52,572 nt of DNA from Catajapyx aquilonaris. Its lineage: Eukaryota. The stretch spans positions 1 to 52,572 of the forward strand of contig KZ538705.1 in the NCBI GenBank assembly GCA_000934665.2, written 5' to 3'. A program made the position numbers and the translations under genes. Numbering within the stretch: position 1 is the stretch's first letter; each line of letters opens with the position of its first letter. Positions 37,901 through 48,991 of this stretch are shown piece by piece. The notes below the pieces were generated by a model. The model saw only the letters and a list, made by a program, of their open reading frames with translations. It made no database searches and was not told the origin of the DNA.

Positions 37901-40900
37901 TTCTTAAAGAGGAAACCTAACACACTAGTCAAAATAAAATTCGTTAACTTTTTTTCACTGAGAGAATTAAAAAGCAAGTTCAGTAGTGGACTCTTCTTAG
38001 CACTTGTATTTATCATCCTGCAGTACTTTTCCTTAAATCTAGCTGCATCAGATGTAACTCCTGACACAACAGATCGTAGCTTGTACTGAGGCTCTCATTA
38101 CATTAATGTGGACTGAAGAACATTTCCATGTACTCTTAATAATTAAATGTCCCTATGGATCAAGCTTTAATGCCGAAAGTTAACCCTCATCAACACTACT
38201 TTCATAAGGTCAGCGGAATGTACCTCTACGTCTCAATTTAGACCCAAACTTTTACTGCAGATTTCCATTTAAGTTAAAGCCAGCCGCAAACTGTCAAACT
38301 GTCAAAGTGTAAAAATTTCACCGAGAGTCCATTCGTACACATTAATGCAAAATTACTCAAAGCAATTGTGAGCTCGTCAGAGAGGCCTCGTGTGAAATGC
38401 GGAAACACGAATAATGTGAAAAAACTACTGTAAAATTGCGGTGCCCACTTTTGTTATGATATTTGATGCGACCCTGTCCGTCTTGATGGATGATAAAAAT
38501 CCCCTGACACCTTATCCACTTCAATAGGTAACGCTGCCCTGGGTCAAATATGGTATCACACTGTACAGGTACAGAGGTGTGTGCCTCATACACAGGCAGT
38601 AATTGATTTGTCTAGAAGAGAAATACCATTTTGCATTTGATGCAAGGGAAAAAAAACATCCAGTCATATATTGCGAGCACAGGTATCCTTTCTTGACATG
38701 GTTGGTAAAAAATCTGCTATCCAAAAATTTAACAACATTTATCTGATAACACATGAACTGCAACACTAAGATCATACACTAACATCGAGAAATATCCATC
38801 AAATGCAAAATGGCAATAGAGTTATTACGAGAAAGGTATTTCACCCACAATAATTTGAGTAAGTAGTGAACAGAAAAGGGAACCGACCTGTTTGTCTGGA
38901 TTGATGCACTCGAAAACATTGTGTGGCCCAGGTCCGTCCGAGAGCTTCCTAAGGGTGAAGTAGAACTCTCCAATGAAGCTGTGCGTCCCGCTTCTGTTCC
39001 AGTCGTAACACTCAACCTTCACATTCCGGTCGTAATCCCCATTACAGAGTGTCCTGACAGGCATGCTGAACTTCTTCCAGGATGGGTTCAGAGTATTCTT
39101 TATCACCTCTGTCCGGTGGACCACAGTGTACTGTCCAGACTCGTTGGTCTTCATGAACGAGAGGAACGGATCCGACTTGCCAAAAAAGTCCTTCCGGTCT
39201 AACCCACGTCCAACAAACTGAAGCTCAACCTCATCCTTACACATGCTGAGCTCCTCGCACGTTACCACCAGCAGACCAGCTGTTCCTTCAGGTGCCCTCA
39301 GTTGCAGCTTCAGCACCCCTGAGGTCACTATCTGACCCAAGGTGCATTCAGCCTGACCCAAGAAGTCATGATTTGAGAGGTCCGTTGACTCTCCATCTAC
39401 ATCGTACATCTCAAACCGCAGGCGCTGCTGCTCCTCAAAGTGGTAGGCCATGTTGACCTTGGTGGCAAAATCAGGGTTGAGCGTGTTCGGGATACACTCC
39501 GTGCGCCGAAGCTCCTTCCATTGCATCTCCCCAAATGGGCGGTGATACACCACGCACATTGGGTCTGACTTGGAGAACACATCCTTGTCCAAAAGGTTCC
39601 TGGAAAAGTGTCAGCAAACGCTCATAGAATGGAATATTGCATGGTCGTCAGCAGCCCAGTAGGCTACAAAAAAAATGTACTGTTTCCATTATGTGATTGC
39701 AAGTGCAAAATATGTATCATGTCGCATATAATGACACACAAAATTACTGCACTGATACATAACAATTCTGCACAAATCCCATTTTGGATTCATGATCACG
39801 AATAAAATCGCATCATGGTTTAGAAAAAGTATGACGCTAAATATCGAAGCCTAACGTAATCTCTGGTGTAACTGTCAAATGTACGGGAATATTGTGTACT
39901 TGTGTTGCTTTTACTTGTGTAAATATTGTCAATGTGTAGAAAAGTGTGAAGAATCATGCGACAGCTGACAGTAAGAATATGACAGTTACTACAAGAATGC
40001 ACTGAGATAGAAACAGAAGACTGCGACATAACAATGCGCACACTAGAATTACATGTCAAATCATACGTTCTCAGGACGCAAAGTGTCCGAACATAATTTT
40101 CCGGCTCCAACTTTAATTTGATTTCACTCTGAATGCGGAAAATATTATTTGCCACATGTGATTTGAGTTTATTTACATTATAGTGCGCTTGTTTGATCAT
40201 GCACTCATTGTATATTTTCATTAACGTCGGAAATATGAGTCAGTTCTTTGCGAGGTTCTTTGTCATACTTTCCACTACTGTAAGAGTTAAGTGTTATGAA
40301 GAACGGGCCCTAGATATCAGGATTAGGCTCTGAATTAAGTATTAATTAATATAAATAACAATCTTTCTGCCACATAAATAGATCAACATGTGTTATTACG
40401 ACTACTGCTCACGCTAGTACACCATGAATAACATCACGACCTACATTAATACTTTGGAATTGTTACAAAAAAAAGAATTCACCAAATTTTAATCAACTCT
40501 CAATCAATGTGTATCTTCCCAAATCAATATTGTTTCGGCAACCTTCATAACTTATTGTCTGAGCAAAATTCCTCTTGAGGAGAGACACGGGTGGTGAAGA
40601 TCAATAAGTGCATTAAAACTACCACACCCTTGAACCCACCACCGCCACCAAGCCCCCATCCCCAATGCGGAGACTTGAGTTATGCACAGCCGCCCTGCGA
40701 CCCTGTCCGTCTTGAAAAAACCCCTTCTTCCTGCGACCCATTAATCAACCCCACAAACTTCCCTTACAATGCAAGGGGAAAAAGATTAGCTCAAGAGGGA
40801 AAGAGAGAGAGAGAACATGCAAATGGCAGAGTAATAAAAGGGGGGCTGGTGCAGATAGTTTAAGGAAAAAGTGCGTGACACCTATAAATACACACACACA

Positions 40901-43900
40901 AAACACATGTGACGAAGCGATTAAAGTGAGGGAAAACGTCATGCGCTAACTACTGGACTCACTTCTCGCCTAATATGACGTCATATTTGCAAGTTTTCTC
41001 TCTTTTTTTATTTTTTACCCTATGTAAAGTATTGAAGGGACATTGTACCTTCCTTGAAATGAGAGTTCGACAAATGCCATCAGGTCAAGGGATTCTGGTG
41101 CCCACGATGATGTCCCGGAGGCCACGGATGGCGGCCTCGCTTGCTGGTGCCATCCAGGTGCAGGTGGGGCAGACGACTTCCGCATTGGCGACTGCATTAC
41201 TTATGCCCCTTTGTACTTAGCTCCTAATCAGTCTCAAATAAATCTACTTGTCCCACACTAAGTGTCCGCTAACTGCAAATATCAAAACTTTGGGGCAATG
41301 AACACTGGTCCTCACTATGTCATCACACTGTGCAAACTGTATTTTTGTTAGTTTTTTTTTTGCAAGAGACCGCCAATTACGCGAAAATTAGTGACGTATG
41401 CGAACCACGCCCATTTTATTGACGTCATTGGAAAGAAAGTGTCAAGAATGCGAATGTCACGCGAAATTGATTGCAATTTTTTTATTATTGCATGCTTGTC
41501 GATGTCCGTTCAGGGGGCTTTAGGTTAAAGTGCAAACGTGACTCTCGGTATCGACACGGAAATATTCGCAAGCAATTTTAAGCACGCCAAGCCGACATGT
41601 ATACACGACACACGTGCAAATTTTGAGGGCGTGGAATTCGCGACATGCGAGTTTCAGATTTGCGAACATTCCCTTGCACCTTCAGAAGGTGTTCAAAAAT
41701 AGTTCAAATTGCGGTTAGAAATATTTGCAAGACATGTGCGCATATTGATGGCGTCATTCGCATTGCGATTTGGCACAAAATTTCGCAAATTCCGTGACTT
41801 GAAACTCATTGTACATAGTTATGTACAATGAGTTTCAAGTCACGGAATTTGCATCAATATGCGCACATGTCTTGCAAATATTTCTAACTGCAATTTGAAC
41901 TATTTTTGAACACCTTCTTAAGGACCAAGGGAATGTTCGCGAATCTGAAACTCGCATGTCGCGAATTCCACGCCCTCAAAATTTGCACGTGTGTCGTGTA
42001 TACATAATGACGAATTATTCCGATCAGTAATGCGGATTGAATATTTCAATACACGGGGAATTTACTAATTTTGCGAAAATTGGCGCGCAGTTTTGAACCG
42101 CAGGAATTACCGTGCCAAAATCTGCTTAACGAAATTTCGCACACTGTAAATTGCACGTTATTCCTAAACAATACTGTACTGAGAATAAACGAGCAAAATT
42201 TGCTAATTTGCGAATTTCCGCTCAACTTGCTTCGATATAGGAAAATTGCAAAAAAATGCAGACGGAAGTTTAATAAATTTTGCACACTATAAATCAAAGA
42301 TTTTACCTGGATGATTGAGAATTAATAACGCGTAAACGTGCACCATTTGCAAAAATTTGCGATCGATTAACTTTCCATCAAATAATTAAACAAAACCATA
42401 AATAATTTTCGCATCACACTCTATACATTATTTATCCGGCCTGGATTTTTCATGCAAAAATTATGCACTACAGTATTAATGCGATGATTGACATATCGCG
42501 CAGATTTTCGCGTCAATTACGTCGAATCATGTTGGCTTAAAAGTGCGAAAATCGCCCGCCAATACGCCCTTGCATTGATTCGCATTCACGGTGCAAAAAA
42601 AAAGAAACAAGCCAATTTTATTTGCAGGTGCAGATTTTCACACTCCATCTGAATCGATTTGCAGCAGAACGCGCAAAAAAATATACTCAAGAACTTTTCT
42701 GAAATTTGTGCCAATTTTAGCACATACTGTACAGTACAGGTGCACATTTTAATCGATTGCATCGCGCGCGCAAAAAAAATAGCGCTGTAAATTCGCTTAC
42801 GAGACGGCTGAATATTTAATTAACCGATACTGCCTGGCATTTTCGCGATTTTTGTTCGCCTGCTAAAAATTTGCACATAAAATTTTATCCAATGCAATCT
42901 AAACCAGTCGCGTGTCGATTGGTCGATTTGATTACAATATTAACGGCTTGCAAATTTGCACGAAATGAAAATTGCAGAGTGTGAAACCATTTCGCCATCA
43001 TTGTGCAACAAAAAAATATGCCCAAAATTTCGCATTCAGGTGCACGTTTTCGCGATTTCTGATGCCATTCAGTATATCGCACAAAAAAAAATTGATCCAG
43101 TCGCAAGAGAAAAAAAATGATCCAGGCGCAAAAACTCATTTCGCACACGTCCATATCTCGCGAAAAAATTGGCGGAATTGATTGCTAGTGTCTTTATAGG
43201 CCATTTTTTATGATCGATCGTTTCCAGACGTTTTCTTAGAAACGTTGTCGGGGGGAAAAAAAGAGGTGAAGAGCCTGATTTTTTTTTTTCATTCATTTCT
43301 TTTGCACTTTTGTTTCCTTGGCAAATTTTTTTTTTCCCTGCTTTTGTATAGTAACACAAGTTCGCGTGGGTTGGTCCATTTCCTGTGTATTTCCCCCCGC
43401 TTGCTCGAAATGCACACACGCTAAAGATAAAAGGGATCGAAACTACGGCATGGCATATACCTATATACATGTGATTAACGTCTAACTTCCTTCCAACGGT
43501 TCTCACAAAATGAAAACGGGGTCGTGACTTGTAGCCATATCGTCAACTATGGGGAGCATAAATATTTTGCAAATGTTGGTAAACCTGTTTTTTTTGCCAG
43601 AAAAAGTGCATAAAAAGGTGATAAAAGTTTATGAACAGTGAACTCAAACAGTTGCGATAGATCTTAGAAATGCTTGCCGGACGAAGACAGCAAAATTGCA
43701 TGCACACTTAATTGAGAGAGAAACTGTATAGATTTTTAAAAAAAAGGCAATCAGTTTTTATAGACCTGGCTATAATTGTTTGATCACGAATGGTGTTATA
43801 AATAGGGTGGGGTAAAAAAAAGTGGGAGGGCCACAACCTGTTGGAGCCAAAGAAAATTCGCGTGTGCAAATTTTTAAAGGTGTAAAGGGTTTCCTTTAAG

Positions 43901-44884
43901 ATTGTTAAGCCACCTGTTGACTATTGATAGGCTATTAGCGGCTATTAAAGACATCATTTTTTACATTGCAACAAGTGTCGACAGCAGCAAAATGTAACGA
44001 CTTTGGACTCAGCAAATGTTTGACATAATTATAGTATGGCATAATAACATGTTATGTAATAGTATGGCTCCAACGTATACTTATATCCTTGGAATATTCG
44101 TACAAACCTCCCATGGATATCCTACGGATGAAACATAGACATTTGTGGATGTCCAGGGGATTTTAGACCGATATTCCATGGAAGATCCGTACAAAACCTC
44201 CCGCGGACATCCTACGGATGAAACACGGATGAAGCCTGGACATGTGGATTTTAGACCGATATTCCATGGAATATCCGTACAAAACCTCCCGCGGACATCC
44301 TACGGATGAAACACGGATGAAGCCTGGACATGTGGATTTTAGACCGATATTCCATGGAATATCCGTACAAAACCTCCCGCGGACATCCTACGGATGAAAC
44401 ACGGATGAAACCTGGACATGTGGATTTTAGACCGATATTCCATGGATGTCCACGGGATATTCGGGTGCTACTTGGGTTGTTAGAATAATTGGGTGGAATT
44501 TCCGTCTCACTGCTAGTTACCGCTAACTTAACAGTATCAGTGTTGCCAATGGTACTGCTAAGTTAGTAGTAACTAGCAGTGGCACAAAAATTCCACACAT
44601 TAACAATAGTTGCTAACATACCAAGCACATAGGATAGGGGGGGAAAAAACGAGTCCCGTTTCAATGATTGGGAAATAAGTGCGGTTAGTTGGGTCCTCCC
44701 ACTTTTAGCAAAAAATGTTACACCCTGCAAAGTGCACTAACTACGTGAAAAGTGTCCATCCCCCCAAAATAAGCAGTGTTGTCGCAGCGCTTGTGACCCA
44801 CCGACATGACACCGTCAGTTCCACCCAAGACGTCGGTGTCCCGGCGGTTCCAGGCATGAAATCGCCTCCATGACCTGCCATCAT
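34913..44884 (-). CDS. CPNE8: Copine (C2A-C2B-vWA; CPNE5/8/9-like); exons 44802..44884, 38888..39599, 36428..36560, 35714..36123, 34913..35245
   Basis: [111 protein letters not shown]. The symbol indicates the subfamily, not strict orthology. Confidence 0.93.
41049..41197 (-). CDS. Putative alternative first coding exon of the copine
   Basis: ATG-initiated [15 protein letters not shown]...[11 protein letters not shown](R) ends at donor GGAAG|gtacaa in phase 2, the same phase as canonical exon 1 (..SWVELTVSC(R)), and splices to NLLDKD. Confidence 0.7.
41597..42005. repeat. ~410-bp near-perfect palindrome in copine intron 1
   Basis: Arms ATGTATACACGACACACGTGCAAATTTTGAGGGCG... and ...CGCCCTCAAAATTTGCACGTGTGTCGTGTATACAT; centre CATTGTACAT-AGTT-ATGTACAATG at 41817..41820; extra ~34 nt in the left arm (~41751..41784). 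Confidence 0.95.
44085..44476. repeat. 88-bp tandem repeat (~4 copies), probably internal to a truncated non-autonomous DNA transposon
   Basis: ATATTCCATGGA recurs at 44171, 44259, 44347 and 44435 (period 88), with a diverged first copy. The array ends in GTGCTACTTGGG, a CCCA-type terminal-repeat-like end. Confidence 0.9.
44493..44596. mobile_element. ~105-bp hairpin dispersed repeat, copy 2
   Basis: GTGGAATTT..CACTGCTAGTTACCGCTAACTTA ... TAAGTTAGTAGTAACTAGCAGTG..AAATTCCAC; homologous to 27063..27170. Confidence 0.8.
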
Positions 44885-45320
44885 TTTGAAGCCTGCAAAA
44901 AAAAAAAAAAAGGCATTACTTACCCAATCAATCAAGCGCAGTGTGATTACTAGTTACACGGTGAACTGCTATAAGTACACAATTATTACTATTTGTGCAC
45001 GTCGTCAACTGATATATGTCAATCTTTCATGTGACATACTGACGCACTTAGTCTGACATCATGCTGTCTCATACGTGCATTATCTGTTATCAAAACATGC
45101 CAACCAAGAGTCATAATATGTACCTGACAAGTGTGCAAATAATCCTATAGTAGTCCTGTAGCACTGTACTATCGCGTAGACTAGTGAGAGCCTATTGCAT
45201 ATGACCTTCCTTCCTTCCTTTTTTTTCTGCTATGGCAACATTTACGCACGATCTCGGATTTCGCAGCGGACTCTATGGACCAGGTTGAAACTGCACGTTA
45301 AATTCGCACTGCACTCGGAA

Positions 45321-45870
45321 GCGCATGCGTAGTAGATTGGCGAACCTCCTAACAGTGTGTGAATCCGCATGCGTGGCAACTACACGATGTGATGGTGGAA
45401 ATAGGGCATGTTGACAATTCACTTGTATGTAACCACCGTTGATATACGCATGCGCAGAAGCTGGTAGCCATAAACAGTGCGGTATAACGCATGCGCACTG
45501 ATGCCACACGTGTGTTTGCAATCTGCGTGATTTACACATTCACACATGTACACAATGCGCATGCGTCGGTACATCCACCAGTGCCGTGTTTCTACCACAG
45601 TTCTACACTTAAAATTCTAATTGCGTAACAGCAACGATAGCATTATGACGGTGATTGTTGCAGTCCATTATTGCCGTGTAAACACTACCCATCCGTTCGA
45701 TTCTGTGGGAACGCATGCGCACTGTGTACGTCCGTGAGTGTTCAATCCCTGTGCTTCACCGCACCTGATTGGTCAAGCTTTTCGAACACTAAGCCCCGCC
45801 TCCTCCCATTTAAAACAAAAAAACAAAAAAAATTCCTGACAGTTCAAAAAATCAACAGGCCACGTGTTGT
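45321..45870. promoter_or_regulatory. Divergent promoter between copine and PCED1 with six NRF1/Ewg-type sites
   Basis: CGCATGCG core near 45322, 45366, 45447, 45488, 45558 and 45712, plus CTGATTGG (CCAAT box), CCCCGCCTCC (GC box) and CACGTG before the PCED1 ATG. Confidence 0.7.
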
Positions 45871-45949
45871 TAGGCTCCCGCTTTCCCTTATTCCCGTTTA
45901 TTCCCCTTCCCGTTTCATCCCCCCATTCCCGAAACATTATCCCTCAAGA

Positions 45950-48048
45950 ATGGCCGACATCTTCCTGAGCCAGGACGCCAGGAAGCTGCTACAAAACAAG
46001 TCCATAATGTACCTGGGAGACTCAAGTAATGTTTTTCTTTTGTCTCTTTTAATGAGCTCTTATTTGTTAATTGGGCTGATTTTTATGTTAATTGGGGATG
46101 ACCTTTGACCTTTTTGACCAGATGTACGGGCCATGTACAAGGACATGGTGTGGCTGCTCAGGAGGAACACGCTGGTGGCACAGGCTGGACTCAAGAGGAA
46201 GGTGATTACGCCGGAGAACTAATTGCAATTAGTTTATAGTAACCACTTAAAAAAAAAATTAGTAAAATTATACATTGCAATTTTGCAACATTGCGATCAA
46301 GCGCATTCCTTTGCGGGATAAGCTGACAAAGGAATTCCTGAGTCGGATAAGACGATTCATGGAATTTTCCAGCGCAATTACAATTCATGGAATTTTCCAG
46401 GGTGAACTGAGCTTCGAAAATGACGTGAAGCTTAAAGGAACTGCGCTGCACCGCGGTCGCACGTACAGCGAGTCGCGCCGCTATTACGACACGACTAATG
46501 CGACGACGCTGGAGTTCCACTTTATCACCCGATGCTACTGCGATATCGTCCGGGATATCCTGGAGAACATCCATCGCGGGACTAGGAAGGCGCCGGACGT
46601 ACTGGTGATCAACTCGTGCGTTTGGGACGTGACTCGCTGGGGTCCAAAAGGCGTGATGGAGTTTAAGGATAACTTGTTGAAGCTGGCTAAGGATCTGCAG
46701 TGGGCGCTTCCTAAGGAGACGCTGATGATATGGACCACGTCGCTTCCAGTGTCGCAGGACATCAAGGGCGGATTCCTCATCAGGCAGGTTGAGTTTCTCA
46801 ACCTGAGCGTCCACTTTGATATCGTGGAAGCCAACTTCTTCGCACGGGACGTGATGGTCAACCATGGATTCGACATACTGGATCTCCACTATCATTTGCG
46901 GTTGCATATCCACAAGCAGAGCAAGGACGGCCTGCACTGGATGCCGCATGCTGTCCGACACCTCACCAACCTTCTGCTCACCCACTTTGGTAATGCTCAC
47001 ATTCGATGCGATTATGCATGAAGAATAATGTCGGCCTTTTTCGCAGCTTTGTCGTGGGGACAGAGTCTTCCAGGCCGCTTCCGCACCGTCGCCCTGGACA
47101 GCCTCGTTGCATTCAGCCAGTCGGACGACCCTTACATCGACAAGGAAGTGACCCTTCCGCAGAATGTGCCCAACGAGCCAAACAACAACAAAGGTACGCT
47201 CACGGTTTGGTTTAATGGCCGCGTTTACATGTGAGCAAATCGCTGACATATCAACGCGGCCTAAACCATTAATTAATTAATGAAGTTGACATTAATCGAC
47301 AATTTCGACTTTGCAGCTCTTGAGTTCCTTAAGCTTTATCTGTTACGTTGTTTGCTTCACGTTCGAGTAATCGGCTAGTCATACAATTGGTTGAATTTTC
47401 TCCTGGTAATTAGCTTGGTGTGGAATTGGGTTGCGTTGTGATTGGTGATTAGTGCATGTTAGTGTGGACTTTGCTTACAGTTACAGTACGCAGTGAAAGG
47501 TATCATTTCGAGGTGTGCGAATCACGGTGCATCTCGACACAGCCTAGTTAATTACGAGGTGATGGAACCGCATGAGCATGGCTTTACTAATTTTGCTTTC
47601 TTCAACGACTGAACCAGCCGAGGCATCCAAACCTCCGCGAAACCATCGCAAGGAACAGGCCCGACCATACCCAAAGCCTAAACGCCGTGGCGGCCAGCAG
47701 GGGCGACCCCAACCTTACCATCCCCATCCCCCAGTCCCGGCTTGGCCCCAACCGGATCGGTTCAACAAGTACGGGGAGCCCATACATCCGCCAGCCATCG
47801 CCAACCTCAGCGCTCAACCCATGTTCTACGAGAACCCTGTGCCTGCATACCACTGCCAAAACGTGCCGCAATATGGCCCACAGTACCAGCCACACAACAA
47901 CATGATGCAGTGGCCCGTACAGTTCCCGGTTGGACCTACCCAACAGGAGTTCATACCCGACCAATGGTCCCATCCGATTGAGATTCACTCGCCTTACCAG
48001 CAGCGGCAAGGGCCACGGAAGGCCCAGAATCGCAGGAGGCGGCGTTAA
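45950..48048 (+). CDS. PCED1A: PC-esterase domain-containing protein 1 (FAM113, SGNH/GDSL-like); exons 45950..46025, 46122..46201, 46401..46989, 47047..47193, 47618..48048
   Basis: DARKLLQNKSIMYLGDSNVRAMYKDMVWLL, KGELSFEND, FHFITR, PDVLVINSCVWDVTRW, EANF, DILDLHYH..DGLHW..AVRHLTNLLLTHFALSWG; Pro/Gln-rich basic tail. Confidence 0.92.
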
Positions 48049-48991
48049 TCGCAATGGGCCGATCCGAACATCCATTGCGAATATTTTGGATGTTCGGAAA
48101 GTATTCCAGAGAAAATCTCAGGCTGCTCAAAGTATTGTTTATTTTCATGAGATTAGTGAAACAGTGCCATATCTACGTTTTAAGTTTCATTTGACTGACA
48201 AGTGCAATTGGTTGCACTTTTTTTTTGGTTCGCCGTTTGTTCACGGCACTTTTTTTTATACTCGTAATATATACGGAAGTTTTCCAGGTGTCTGGTAAAT
48301 ACATGTTTGTTAGCCCAAGGTTGCATATGTCCATTGATCTGTTATACGGTACGTAAATAATTACTGTGATGTTCGTTAAGTCATACGATGTGCCTTTCTG
48401 TAGTGAAAAAATCCACCGTTGATTATTATCCGAGAGTATGTAAAGAAGCAGTAAAATTCACAACAAAATGAAGTCACTTGATTGGAAGTCGAATTGATAT
48501 GGCTTTCATAATTTGGTTTCTTAACGAATTGTAATGCGGTGGATTTGTAGGTTACTGTACTTAGCATTTTGCCAAAGAGGTTTAGTTCCTATTGTGGATA
48601 CAAATAAGAGGGTACGATGTCAAGTACACAAATTATTTGGATGGGAAAAAATAAGTGTTGTTTATTTTTTTTGTTTCAATGTTAATGTTGTTTGCCGTGT
48701 TCGGCATTTAATAGTACGGACAAAGACTGAGAGCATTATGATACGTTAAGTGCGAGTACAAAATATTCAGATGAAAAGTCATTTCCTTTTTTTTTTATGT
48801 ATTTTTAAAAATTATGTGATAAATATCCTCGAGACAAGTTTCCAGTCTGCGGAGGATCTGATGTTGCCAAATGAATCTCTCTCAATTGGGATTCATTTTT
48901 TTGGATGGAAAAACGCTTGTTCTTTTCGTTCACACTTTTTTTGTAACTTTTTCAAGAGAAATAAAAAATGAAGTCAAAAATCACACATTTT

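Noticed and set aside
46206..47249. 347-aa antisense ORF over PCED1
   Set aside because: Mostly the shadow of GC-rich PCED1 exons; non-ATG start and no recognisable motifs.
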